DNA from: Octopus bimaculoides
Taxonomy: Eukaryota
Reading direction: 5' to 3'
Assembly: GCF_001194135.2 (NCBI RefSeq)
Contig: NC_068988.1
Span: forward strand, 91,115,810 to 91,177,745
DNA: 61,936 nucleotides
Shown: one piece after another, positions 12,986 to 25,231 of the stretch
How the letters are laid out: each line of letters opens with the position of its first letter
Position numbering within the stretch: the first letter of the stretch is position 1
Notes under the pieces: model-generated
Databases searched by the model: none
Seen by the model: the letters and a program-made list of their open reading frames with translations, nothing else
Told to the model about the DNA's origin: nothing
Made by a program: the position numbers and the translations under genes

Positions 12986-15110
12986 TATATTTTCTTTTTA
13001 TCACAGGTTTTGTTGGAGCTCCTGGAGTCTTGCACGCGTAGCGGGCTAGCTACCTGCAACCTACGGTACCATGCTACTCGTTCTTTTCTGCTACCTAATA
13101 CTTTCCTGATTATTCTAGCCGTACCTAGAGGCAAACCTTTTGTAACGGTTCTACTGGGCACTCTATTCCAATTTCCTTTATATTCCTCTCGATGCTTTCT
13201 GATACTGTTTCCAAGGACCCAACAATAATTGGTACTGTCTTCGCCTTCTTCATTTTCCATATCCGGATTATTTTGTGCTTATGAGACTTGTATTTATCTA
13301 TTTTTTCGCCTTCCTTCTTGACTATTCGTGGGTCAAAAGGGTATGTAGCATCAACCACATAGCACACGTGGTGCATCTTGTCGACCACCACTAGGTCCGG
13401 TCTGTAGCACCTGATCTGTTTGGAGTGGGAAATCCCAGAGGATTTTGCTAGTCTGCACCTTCCTGCAAGCACTCATCTAGCTGTTTCGCTATCCTTTCAT
13501 GGATCCATCTCAGCTTCTTCATCCAGTAACCTTGGACCTCATCCGATCCTGGACTCTTCCAATTTGGGAATTTTCTTAAGTGCTTTTTTCATAATTTCTG
13601 TAGTTATTTTCATGTCTTCTTGGCCTTCTGTATTTCTTAAACTATCTTGGACTTCATGCATCCACTCTGCTTCCTCATTATGCTCTAGAGGTTGGGCCCA
13701 GATCCTTCCCAGAATGCCCTGCTTTCCTCTGCATCCGGTTTCATTGTTACGTGTATTTGCCCATCTAGTTCCTGAAGCAGTTTCTTCTGATTTGCTTCAA
13801 ACAATCTTTTTGCTTGAATTGTTTTGTTCTATTGCCATATCTTTCCAGTTTTACTCTTTGCTTCAATTCCTCCAAAATCACACCATACTTTTTTTTATCT
13901 CTTATTCTATATGTTCTCTCCAGCATTATTCTTATGTTTTCGTTCTGCAATTCCCCGCTACTCAATCTATCAACTTGTCCTAAATGTCTCTTTAACTTTG
14001 TTTCTCACAAATTCTTCTACGTTAGCATGCTTCTTTGCGTTCTGTTTGTTCTCTTCTTTTGTATCCCAGTCTATCTGCAGCAACCGTAGCTGCAGCTCAA
14101 ATAATCTTGTTAGTTTCAGTAATATTTCTTGTCTAGAATAGCCCAAGGACCTAATCTATCTTTGAGCTTGCGTCGATCAATGTACTTCAGATTTGGGGGT
14201 GCTTGATCCTGGTCTTCTCTAATATACCGACACAGCATCCTCAGTATGTCTTGTTGGTCATCATCGTACTCTTGTGATATAGCTCTTCTCATTACTTCTG
14301 CTTCATTTGCTGAGAATGAATTTACATTTACACTTTGCTCTACGTCTTCACTGCCGCCATTCATTTCTCTGTCCTCGATGAGCACCGTATCTGTTGGTGA
14401 AGTATTCTTCTCTGCCTCTGACATTGTGTACAAGCTGTCTCTGGATGACGACCGGGCCTGCGCTGCTCAACCACAGTCCACCTGCCGGGCAAAAGGCTTT
14501 CACTTTTGGTTCTAGCCTCATCAAGACCATTATTTGATACATTTCTATTAGACATTTTCACTCAACATTGAGGTTTGTGTTTTAAGGCAAGCCACCAACC
14601 GGTATTTTTATCGAGACACCATCTCTAGTAAGATTGTCAACCAAGACTGCAAAGCTCTTACTACCCATAAGTTGGTCCTGTTTTCTTAACATTTCTGTGT
14701 GTTGGGTACCATGATCATGACTCTCACTAGGAGACAGGCGAACGTCAGTTGGTCCCGTATCTTCATCCAAATATTGCTCCGGAGTTAGGTCTCGATTCCC
14801 GGTTCATTCGCATTCATCCCAGGCATGGAGCCGTTGGACACTGACTGGTTGTCATCACTGTTACTAAGGAGTCCTATCTACCCCAGTTTTAAATCAGAGT
14901 GTTCCTTCTCCTAGACAGACCGCTAACCAAGGCTCACGAGTTCTGTCTACTCGTTTTCTGAATGGCCATTGACTCTTCTGAGTTTCTCTGCCCTTTGTCG
15001 GGTTTTGTTTTTAATCCCGCAGGGTGTCGAAAATCCACCCTCCTCACCAGGCAAGCTTAGTGGGGTTGCCGGTTTAGATGCCGATGACTCGACGGTTGCA
15101 CAACACATGT
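12985..15110 (-). mobile_element. Second R4/Dong-like RLE retrotransposon, RT core deleted
   Basis: N-terminal [42 protein letters not shown], then directly KILWDF..RPDLVVVDK..VVDATYPFD..KIDKY; 3' end abuts (ATT)n at about 12929-12984. 5' boundary approximate. Confidence 0.78.
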
Positions 15111-15910
15111 TAATCTTTCTAGGCTATTATTTACTTGTTCACTATTATAATTTCACTATTACTACTATAATCTCTACTTTATTGTTTACTTGTTCACTAC
15201 TATAGTTTCAGTATTATTTCTATAATTATATTATAACGATAAGGCTTAGAGGTCCCAATATTGTCTCCCCTGATTTCTTCAGACAACAAACGATGGAAAA
15301 TTAGGGTCGGACGGAAGGGGATTTTTGAGAGGAGCGTCGATAAGTTGGGCATAGCATTGCTAAGATATAGAAATCTATGAACATCTCAAAGTTTTAGCAA
15401 ACATATAGACAATTCTCTAAAGACATCTCAAGTCTTTGAATCACAAACAGTGATATTTCATAGTTTAAAGTAATATAAATTTCACTCCTCTGTCTGTATC
15501 ATCTGCGTTGGAATGAAATTTTACCAATGGTGACGTATCAAAATACGATGGACACTTGATTTTTGAGTCCCTATCGCACAACTCGCTTACCGCACAGTTT
15601 CTAGTATTCTTTCTTACTTTGTGGGGCTCGTCGATGTTGCAGTGTTCCGGGACGTTTCTAGTAGGCATTCTAAATAGTTCTACCTGATTCAATTATCTCT
15701 AATTCGGGTGATGACATATCGTGAAGGTGGATTTGTTTGAGACTTTGTCCGAAACTATCTTTGCACTTCAACAGCATTTCGAAAGTTTCAGTGTTGCTTT
15801 GGCTAAACTTCCTTTGTTCAAAGCTTAACCTGGTTTTCCTCATTATTTCTAATGGATTAAAGTCTAACAGTTGAGTTATTAGCTGTTAAACGGTGTATAC
15901 ACTTTTGCGA

Positions 15911-15912
<2 letters not shown>

Positions 15913-15992
<80 letters not shown>
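15913..15992. repeat. (GT)n microsatellite about 260 bp upstream of the EGF-TIR ATG, followed by a C-rich tract with ccgccc
   Basis: Direct reading; any promoter role is unsupported. Confidence 0.9.
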
Positions 15993-15996
<4 letters not shown>

Positions 15997-16249
15997 ACGC
16001 GCGTGTGCGGAATACAATTTTCCACCGCCCACGCTACCACCACCGCCAGCCCAACACCGACCCGCTCCACCATTAATATGAATTGTGTATCTTTTGTGTT
16101 TTTCAGTGTAATATGATGATTTTTTGTATCGAGAAGTGCTCCATTAATAGGTTGGCACCGGGATCTGATGCTAATCTCACCTCATTCTCTGTTGTACACT
16201 TGACCAAGCAACATCGCAGCAACATAGCATCATATTTGTAAAAGAAACT

Positions 16250-16940
16250 ATGAAGGAAGCTGCTGTATTGTTACATATTGTTACATTGATGGCAAGTGTG
16301 ATACATATCAACACTAGCAGCTTCATCGTCAACAACAGCGTCAACAAAAGAAATATGATCAGTAACCTAAACTCCAAATTTATAACCTTTAACAATACGG
16401 TGGATTTGATTATTAAAGCGGCGACCTGCCATCCGGTATTGAAACCATGTAGAAACGGTAGAAAGTGCCTTCGTGACAGTAACGATAGAATATACAAATG
16501 CCGTATGGACAACAGTAACAACACTGACGACAACAACAACAACAATGAGATGAATACGAGCGTCACCACCGTCAACTACAATACTAGCGACAGCAAGAAC
16601 ATTAACAACAGCAGTAGCAGCAGCAGCGATGCTATCGACGCTAGCATCATCAACCACAGCAACATCAGCATCACTAACAGCAACGAAAGCTACAGTGATA
16701 ACTTCAATAGTGCCATCATCAACAGCAGCAACAGTGACAGCAACAGCAGCAGCAGTGACAGTAACTACAACAACAGAAACTTCAACCCCCAAATTATACC
16801 CTTTAACAAAGCAGTGGACTTGATTATAAAAGCGGCGACCTGCCATCCGGTATTGAAACCGTGTAGAAACGGTAGAAAGTGCCTTCGTGACAGTAACGAT
16901 AGAATATACAAATGCCGTATGGACAACAATAACAACACTG

Positions 16941-16983
<43 letters not shown>

Positions 16984-17327
16984 CGGGACCTCTGAATCTC
17001 CAGTTGTTTCACCCAAGACCTGTACCATGAATTCGACTCATTGTGGAAGAGATGAAACGTGTGTAAAATACAACAGTAGTTTACAGTGCCGTAAGTTAAG
17101 TGGCGGAGAACAGTACATTTGTGATCTATGTGCCAATGGTTTATGTGTGTTCGAGAAGGACGGAGATATATCCTGTAGTTGCAAACCACAGTGGACAGGA
17201 GATCTATGCTCTGAGCCTTGCCACAGGAACTGTACAATTGGCAATTGTATTTTGTTACGATACGAAGAATATTGCGAGTGTCCAGGCAATTTTACGCCTT
17301 CTTCGAACTGCACAGAACAATACAACG
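16250..17327 (+). CDS. EGF-TM-TIR exon 1 (signal peptide, half-EGF repeats, N/S-rich stalk, 2 EGF domains)
   Basis: ATG at 16250; donor AACG|gtgagt at 17327/17328; EGF-like CDLCANGLCVFEKDGDISCSCKPQWTGDLC and CHRNCTIGNCILLRYEEYCECPGNFTPSSNC. Confidence 0.88.
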
Positions 17328-18574
17328 GTGAGTCATTTTTTCCCTCTTACAACGATTGTAAGATTATGATTGCATATATATATATATANNNNNNNNNNNN
17401 NNNNNNNNNNNNNNNNNNNNNNNNNNNNNNNNNNNNNNNNNNNNNNNNNNNNNNNNNNNNNNNNNNNNNNNNNNNNNNNNNNNNNNNNNNNNNNNNNNNN
17501 NNNNNNNNNNNNNNNNNNNNNNNNNNNNNNNNNNNNNNNNNNNNNNNNNNNNNNNNNNNNNNNNNNNNNNNNNNNNNNNNNNNNNNNNNNNNNNNNNNNN
17601 NNNNNNNNNNNNNNNNNNNNNNNNNNNNNNNNNNNNNNNNNNNNNNNNNNNNNNNNNNNNNNNNNNNNNNNNNNNNNNNNNNNNNNNNNNNNNNNNNNNN
17701 NNNNNNNNNNNNNNNNNNNNNNNNNNNNNNNNNNNNNNNNNNNNNNNNNNNNNNNNNNNNNNNNNNNNNNNNNNNNNNNNNNNNNNNNNNNNNNNNNNNN
17801 NNNNNNNNNNNNNNNNNNNNNNNNNNNNNNNNNNNNNNNNNNNNNNNNNNNNNNNNNNNNNNNNNNNNNNNNNNNNNNNNNNNNNNNNNNNNNNNNNNNN
17901 NNNNNNNNNNNNNNNNNNNNNNNNNNNNNNNNNNNNNNNNNNNNNNNNNNNNNNNNNNNNNNNNNNTGTGTGTGTGTGTGTGTTTGTGCGTGTGTTTGTG
18001 CGTATGTGTTTGAAAACCTTAGCTGTTAAGTCATATGGTATGTCAACTATCTCCCCTTCTCACATGGATCTGATCTCAGTTGCCATTTGATAATTGTGAC
18101 ACATCCTCCAGAGACAGATAATTTTACTAGATTAAGAATATATTTCGCTTTTGTATCTGATTTGCAAGATTCTTTATGTGAATTCGTGTGTTGAAACAAA
18201 TTTTATTGTGTCTAGAGGGAATCAGTATGCCAATATAAATAACACTGTTTCAATTCCACTCATTTGTTACCAGTTAGTTGGTTAAATAACCGATTGTTTT
18301 GCTATTGTTTGTTAAAGTTATTTCGTTGCTACTTGCAACCTTTTCAATGACAAACAAAAACAAAACAATCGGATATTTGACCAATTGACAAATGATAAAT
18401 GTGTGTGTTAATTATACTGGCATAATGACTCTCCCTAGACGCATCAAGAATTTATGCTACATGATATTTGATATACCTGTGTTTCTCTCTCTCTCCCCTT
18501 CTCCCTATCTCTCTCATTCCATCCATCTCTCTTTCTGTCCTATCTCTTTACATCTCCAATCTTTCTGTCCTCTC

Positions 18575-18618
<44 letters not shown>

Positions 18619-20201
18619 TCTTTTTCTGTCCTATTTCTTTATATGTCTTATATTTCTGTCTCATCTCTCTCTCTTTTCCTCTCTCTCTCTCTCCTCCTCT
18701 CCCTCTCTCTCTCTCTCTCTGCTCCTCTCTCTCTCTCTACTCCTCTCTCTCTCTCACTCTCTCTCTCTTTACATGTGTGTGCCTGTGTCTGCGCGTGTAT
18801 ATATCTATTCTTTTAGTCTTTTACCTGTTTCAGTCATTTGGCTGCGACCATGCTGGAGCACCACCTTAAAGGGCTTTAGTCGAAGAAATCGACCCCAGGA
18901 CTTACCCTTTGCAAGCTTAGTACTTATTCTATCGGTCTCTTTTGCTGAAACACTAAGTTACGGGGACGTAAAAACACATTACTTATTAGATATACTTCTA
19001 TTTGACCATTAACTTGTGTAAAAAAAAATATTTTTATATATTTTTTAATTTTTTTAATATCTAACGGTTTTTTTTCTTAGGTCTGAATTTTTTATTTACT
19101 TTCATAACTCCAACGGTCTTTTTTGAAATGTACAGTTATCGAACTTCACAGCATAACATCATTAATTTGCATCAATTATCATTTGCTTTGTCTTCTTACG
19201 GTTTCAAAACCGATGTGTTATACGGTTGCAATATGTCTCATGTCTTTTCAACTTGTTTATTTACATGTAATTATAGGTCAACTATGAATGTTGTCTATGA
19301 ATGTTGTCTATTTTTACGGTCTGCTTTGTATTAATACGACCCTGAGGAGATGCAATATCCCATATTTTATAATATGCATGAATCGATCTGGATATTGCAT
19401 CGAAATGATCATAGGTCATAATAAAGTCTTTACAATGGATCAGATTTTAGCTCTTATTTAAATCGATGGCGCCATGCAGTGGGACTGAATCTATAACCAT
19501 GTGGTTGAGAAGCAAACTCCTTACCACACAGGTGTAGAATGAGAGAGGAGAGTTTGCTTGAGGCTTTATTACAACAGCGTGAATTACTTAATCTTACACG
19601 TTTTTCCCTAGCAAACACAACAATTTTGTACGATAATCGTTACGTAAACGAATACATAATAGAGTTAAATGCATGACAGTTGCAGCCTACAGAGGAATAT
19701 ATTATATCGTATAATATATTATTGCATACCAAACTTGGTTGGCCGATAGAGCGAGGAAACAAATGTGTGTAAACTTAAGAGAAAATTATTTTTATACCAT
19801 TTAAGTAAAGGGGTAGGGTAGTAGTATTATGTTATCAGTGAAATTAAGAGAAAAAATGTCAAAGAGTAATAATGAAGCGCTATGTCTTAGAGCAAAAGAG
19901 GTTCAATTAAGGTCATAATTACAAAAACTTTCTACAGATGAATGGTTTAGAACGGAGTCATGGTGTGGACAGTATATTAGTTAGCAAAAGGCGGTCGGAT
20001 ATATACGCTGTTAAATTAGTCATGTACACTTGTACAAATTTTATCGCCACGATATTTTCTATATCCTTGTACACACATACAGGCACACACACAGGCACAC
20101 ACACAGATACACACACACACACACACACACATGTATATATACATGTGTGCGTGCACACGTGTGTAGGTAAATATTATATATACACATCTCTCTCTCTCGT
20201 A

Positions 20202-20249
<48 letters not shown>

Positions 20250-20391
20250 NNNNNNNNNNNNNNNNNNNNNNNNNNNNNNNNNNNNNNNNNNNNNNNNNNN
20301 NNNNNNNNNNNNNNNNNNNNNNNNNNNNNNNNNNNNNNNNNNNNNNNNNNNNNATATATATGTATGTATATATACATTCATATATGTATTC

Positions 20392-20424
<33 letters not shown>

Positions 20425-22021
20425 CAAGCAATGTTAAATCTCTGAACGAGGTATTAACAGTAACTGCACGATAAAGTGAAGTATATTTGCCACTTAAATG
20501 TGGCTGACCCCTAAGGGTGGATGTTACTGTTGCTTTTAGCCCCAAGAGAACATCTGCTCCAGCTGGCTATCGACACACATCTGTGTCCTGTCTATATTTG
20601 CAAAGGGAAGTTATCTTTCCCATCTTGATCTGCGATATATATGTATTTACATATGCATATTTATACGCATATACGCATGTATATACCTATATGTACTAGA
20701 TGAACGTTAACCCTGTTTTAAATATTAATGTTAATTAGTGTGTTTAATATTTTCCCTAACCTTTTCTTTCATTTGTGCGAGTTGTACTGCATAATTCATC
20801 AATTCTATGGTATTTCCTCGTCTGCTTTAACTATCTCATCTCTTTATATCTCTTTATATAACATGATATCAGCGAATTTTATTTAAGTTTTTCCCTATCT
20901 TTACGTTTGCCAGGACTCGCAGGATTCTAATTTTAACGTCAAGCACCTGTTCACATATTGGAATGTTTCATTTAATTTATTTTCGTACTATTTTTAATTT
21001 GTTCTCATATCTGTTTTTATGGACTTCTCCTCATCTTAATTATCCTTTTTTAATTTGTCTTTGTTAATGTCCTATCAGCTATTGAACTTGTTATTAAGGC
21101 GGCGAATTCGCACAATCCTTAGCACGCTGCGCTCAATTTTTACCGACATTTCGTCAGTCTTTACGTTCCGAGTCCAAATTTCGCCAGGTCCGCTTTGCCT
21201 CTCACACATTTCGGGGTCAATAAAATAAGTACCTCTTGAACACTGGGGTTGATATAACCGACTTAATCTCTCACCCGAAATTCCAGGCCTTGTGACAAAA
21301 TTTGAAAACATATTTATAATTATAATCTTCTTTATTTTTATATTTTATCACACAGTATGTGTGTGTGTGTGTGTGTATGTGTGTGTGTGTGTGTGTGTAC
21401 TGTGGCAGACTGGGTCTAAAAATATTGGTTGCCAGGAGACAAAGGATCCCACCCGCAACTACAATGCTATCGTTTAATTTTTTTAAAAATAATTTTCACT
21501 AATTACACTGTACATGTACTGTGCATATTACTGATAACGTACAGTGATACCAAATGTAAATACAGAATGTCATAATGGGGTTACTATATAAATATTTACG
21601 CGAAAGTATAGTATACTGTTATTTTTGAAGTATAGTGTTGTTTNNNNNNNNNNNNNNNNNNNNNNNNNNNNNNNNNNNNNNNNNNNNNNNNNNNNNNNNN
21701 NNNNNNNNNNNNNNNNNNNNNNNNNNNNNNNNNNNNNNNNNNNNNNNNNNNNNNNNNNNNNNNNNNNNNNNNNNNNNNNNNNNNNNNNNNNNNNNNNNNN
21801 NNNNNNNNNNNNNNNNNNNNNNNNNNNNNNNNNNNNNNNNNNNNNNNNNNNNNNNNNNNNNNNNNNNNNNNNNNNNNNNNNNNNNNNNNNNNNNNNNNNN
21901 NNNNNNNNNNNNNNNNNNNNNNNNNNNNNNNNNNNNNNNNNNNNNTCTCTCTCTCTTGCTTCTCTCTCTCTCTTGCTTCTCTCTCTCTTACTTCTCTCTC
22001 TCTCACTCTCTCTTTCTCTTG

Positions 22022-22056
<35 letters not shown>

Positions 22057-22058
22057 CT

Positions 22059-22093
<35 letters not shown>

Positions 22094-24118
22094 TACATAC
22101 ATGCAACCTACATAAATACATCAATTACAATTTTATTCAGGAGTGTACTCCTTTTCTCTGCCTTTCTATTAATTCTCTCGGGAATTGTTTGACCTTCTGC
22201 ATTGCTTAACTGCTTTATTTGTTTTGTTTGTTTTCTGTTTTCAATTTTTATTCTTTCTCAAGACTTCTCCGATGATAACTGGTTCTGTTCTATTCTTTTT
22301 TTGCTTATGGATATTCCCACATTTTGTAGACTTCTACTTTTATTTAAGCTTGTATCGAGATCTTTTTACTGCTTTACAATGTCCTAGTTTGAAGAAATTA
22401 TGACTTCTATAATGTGATATTCTCTTTTTTATATCATGTATTCAATTGCTGCTTGTTGGGCTATCAAAATTCCATATAATTTTTTAGTTTTCCAGGTTCA
22501 ATTTGAGCCTTTTCTGTTCTGCATCTGTGACATTTGTTTCAAGTATAGTATCTATGTTTTACAGAGTAACCAAACCGTATCATGATGAGGTGGGTTAAAA
22601 AGTAGTGTTAAAGGAAGAAGTCGTGGCAAATTATAAGGTGCAGTGAATATAATTTCAGAAAGATTTACCAGCAAATAACACGAAGATCGACATTAATATT
22701 ACGAATTTAAGGAAGCTTGGACAGTTTGAAATATTTGGACAAACTTTGAAATGCTTGGACTTATCTTGAGTTTGCACACAAGAAAAATATGGTTGTACCG
22801 TTGACATAGCTGTTCTGAGGACCGTACGTCAGTTTGTGAGCTCCGGCACACGACACTGTATCATGTGTCAGAGCTCTGTGAGACAGAGGTAGCATGCTCA
22901 TGTAGGAGTTTTACATCATATCCACTGAACGGCTACTGTAATACGGAAATCGTCGTATGCGAAGTAAAGGTAACAACAATCGGACCAAATGGGCAACTAA
23001 ACGTGCGAAAGTACGTGGGAACAACTGAAGGCCACTTCAGGATCCGCTATCACAACCACAAGTGATCCTTCAACATCTTGGAGAGACCTAACGTCATAAC
23101 CCTAGTCAAGCACGTATGGTTATTGAAATAAAGAGCTGCAGAGTACAGCATAAAGTGGAGGATTTTAGAGAAATGTAAATCATACTTTAATAGCAACGGG
23201 AAGTGCAGGTTATGCCTGGCTGAGAAAAGAGCGATATTAAGGAGCTCTCAGCATCCAGGAATCTACCTGAACAGCAGAAGTGAAATTTTAAATGCCTGCC
23301 CACATGAAAGGAAGTACATCCTATCATACCTGCGTGCCTCATTGTAGCTATAATCACCAGTCCCGCCAGCTTCAACTCTTCCCCCACCGATACCTGGGAA
23401 TCCGGCAGAGAGTTTGACTAGAACATACACAAACGCACTCGCAAACACACACGCACTCGCAAACACACATGCTGTAACACGGCGAACATCCACTCAATAG
23501 ACCCTTTTCCACCTCCCCCAATATAAGCCCCTACACTTATTGTACCCCTACACACATTCCATGCATACATAAATGCCCCAAAGAATTTAACCAAAACATA
23601 AAAGAAAAAAAACACACACACTAACGAGCACAGATGTGTATGCGGCCATTTCTACAAAAACACTAACCCTAAAACATACACACATTTCCCAAACACTCTT
23701 TTCCAGAAAACTGTTGTCGCTTTGCAGCAACTCCAGAAATGGTGTTTTGTTATCAAGGGACATAACACTTAACCAAACCATTGCTCGGTTCGTTTCCTCT
23801 TTTTCACATCAACCACAAACCGGATATGTCTATTCACCTCCAATAACAGAGACCAGTTGCCATATTTCATTCCATAACTGCCACCTCTGAAGCGGACAGG
23901 GTTATATAATCAGATTGTTACCTAACACTCCATTGAAACCCCTAGTGCGAAACCGATCGGTAAGATTGGCTGTAATGGATATATAAACTGTATACTTCGA
24001 ATAATATACCCACTCAACTGACAAGTATACGAGTGCATTGTTTCTGATTTATGGATTCCAAGACGGTATATGCATACGTATATAGTTATATATCTGTCGA
24101 TATGTTCGTGCATATGTA

Positions 24119-24171
<53 letters not shown>

Positions 24172-25195
24172 GTTAAAGTAAAGAGGAAAGGCAAAAAATT
24201 AGGCAAGGCATGACAAGTATATTTGATTTAAGTTAATCTAATTTTGCTACATAACGAACGGTAAAANNNNNNNNNNNNNNNNNNNNNNNNNNNNNNNNNN
24301 NNNNNNNNNNNNNNNNNNNNNNNNNNNNNNNNNNNNNNNNNNNNNNNNNNNNNNNNNNNNNNNNNNNNNNNNNNNNNNNNNNNNNNNNNNNNNNNNNNNN
24401 NNNNNNNNNNNNNNNNNNNNNNNNNNNNNNNNNNNNNNNNNNNNNNNNNNNNNNNNNNNNNNNNNNNNNNNNNNNNNNNNNNNNNNNNNNNNNNNNNNNN
24501 NNNNNNNNNNNNNNNNNNNNNNNNNNNNNNNNNNNNNNNNNNNNNNNNNNNNNNNNNNNNNNNNNNNNNNNNNNNNNNNNNNNNNNNNNNNNNNNNNNNN
24601 NNNNNNNNNNNNNNNNNNNNNNNNNNNNNNNNNNNNNNNNNNNNNNNNNNNNNNNNNNNNNNNNNNNNNNNNNNNNNNNNNNNNNNNNNNNNNNNNNNNN
24701 NNNNNNNNNNNNNNNNNNNNNNNNNNNNNNNNNNNNNNNNNNNNNNNNNNNNNNNNNNNNNNNNNNNNNNNNNNNNNNNNNNNNNNNNNNNNNNNNNNNN
24801 NNNNNNNNNNNNNNNNNNNNNNNNNNNNNNNNNNNNNNNNNNNNNNNNNNNNNNNNNNNNNNNNNNNNNNNNNNNNNNNNNNNNNNNNNNNNNNNNNNNN
24901 NNNNNNNNNNNNNNNNNNNNNNNNNNNNNNNNNNNNNNNNNNNNNNNNNNNNNNNNNNNNNNNNNNNNNNNNNNNNNNNNNNNNNNNNNNNNNNNNAAAA
25001 GAACCTATATATATGGAATGTATAAAGTTTCGAGCATTGCTCTTCGTTAGAAAGAGGAGAGAGATGTCCAGAGAGAACAAAAAAAAAAAGTCTAAGAAAA
25101 GCGCGTGTGTGGTTATATGGCTGAAGTGACCGGAAGAGGAGAGAGATAGAGATAGTGCTTGTTTAAGGCAGGACAATGCGAAACTACCAGTGTGT

Positions 25196-25231
<36 letters not shown>

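Noticed and set aside
15465-15830. Possible transposase fragment upstream of the receptor gene
   Set aside because: No motif I could assign with confidence; several stops.
16367-17237. Antisense Val/Ala/Leu/Cys-rich ORFs over exon 1
   Set aside because: Shadow frames of the AAC/AGC-rich sense exon.
17328-18013. 587-aa single-exon reading of the EGF ORF
   Set aside because: A strong donor G|gtgagt at 17328 is phase-compatible with the TM exon; the read-through enters (TA)n and a gap.
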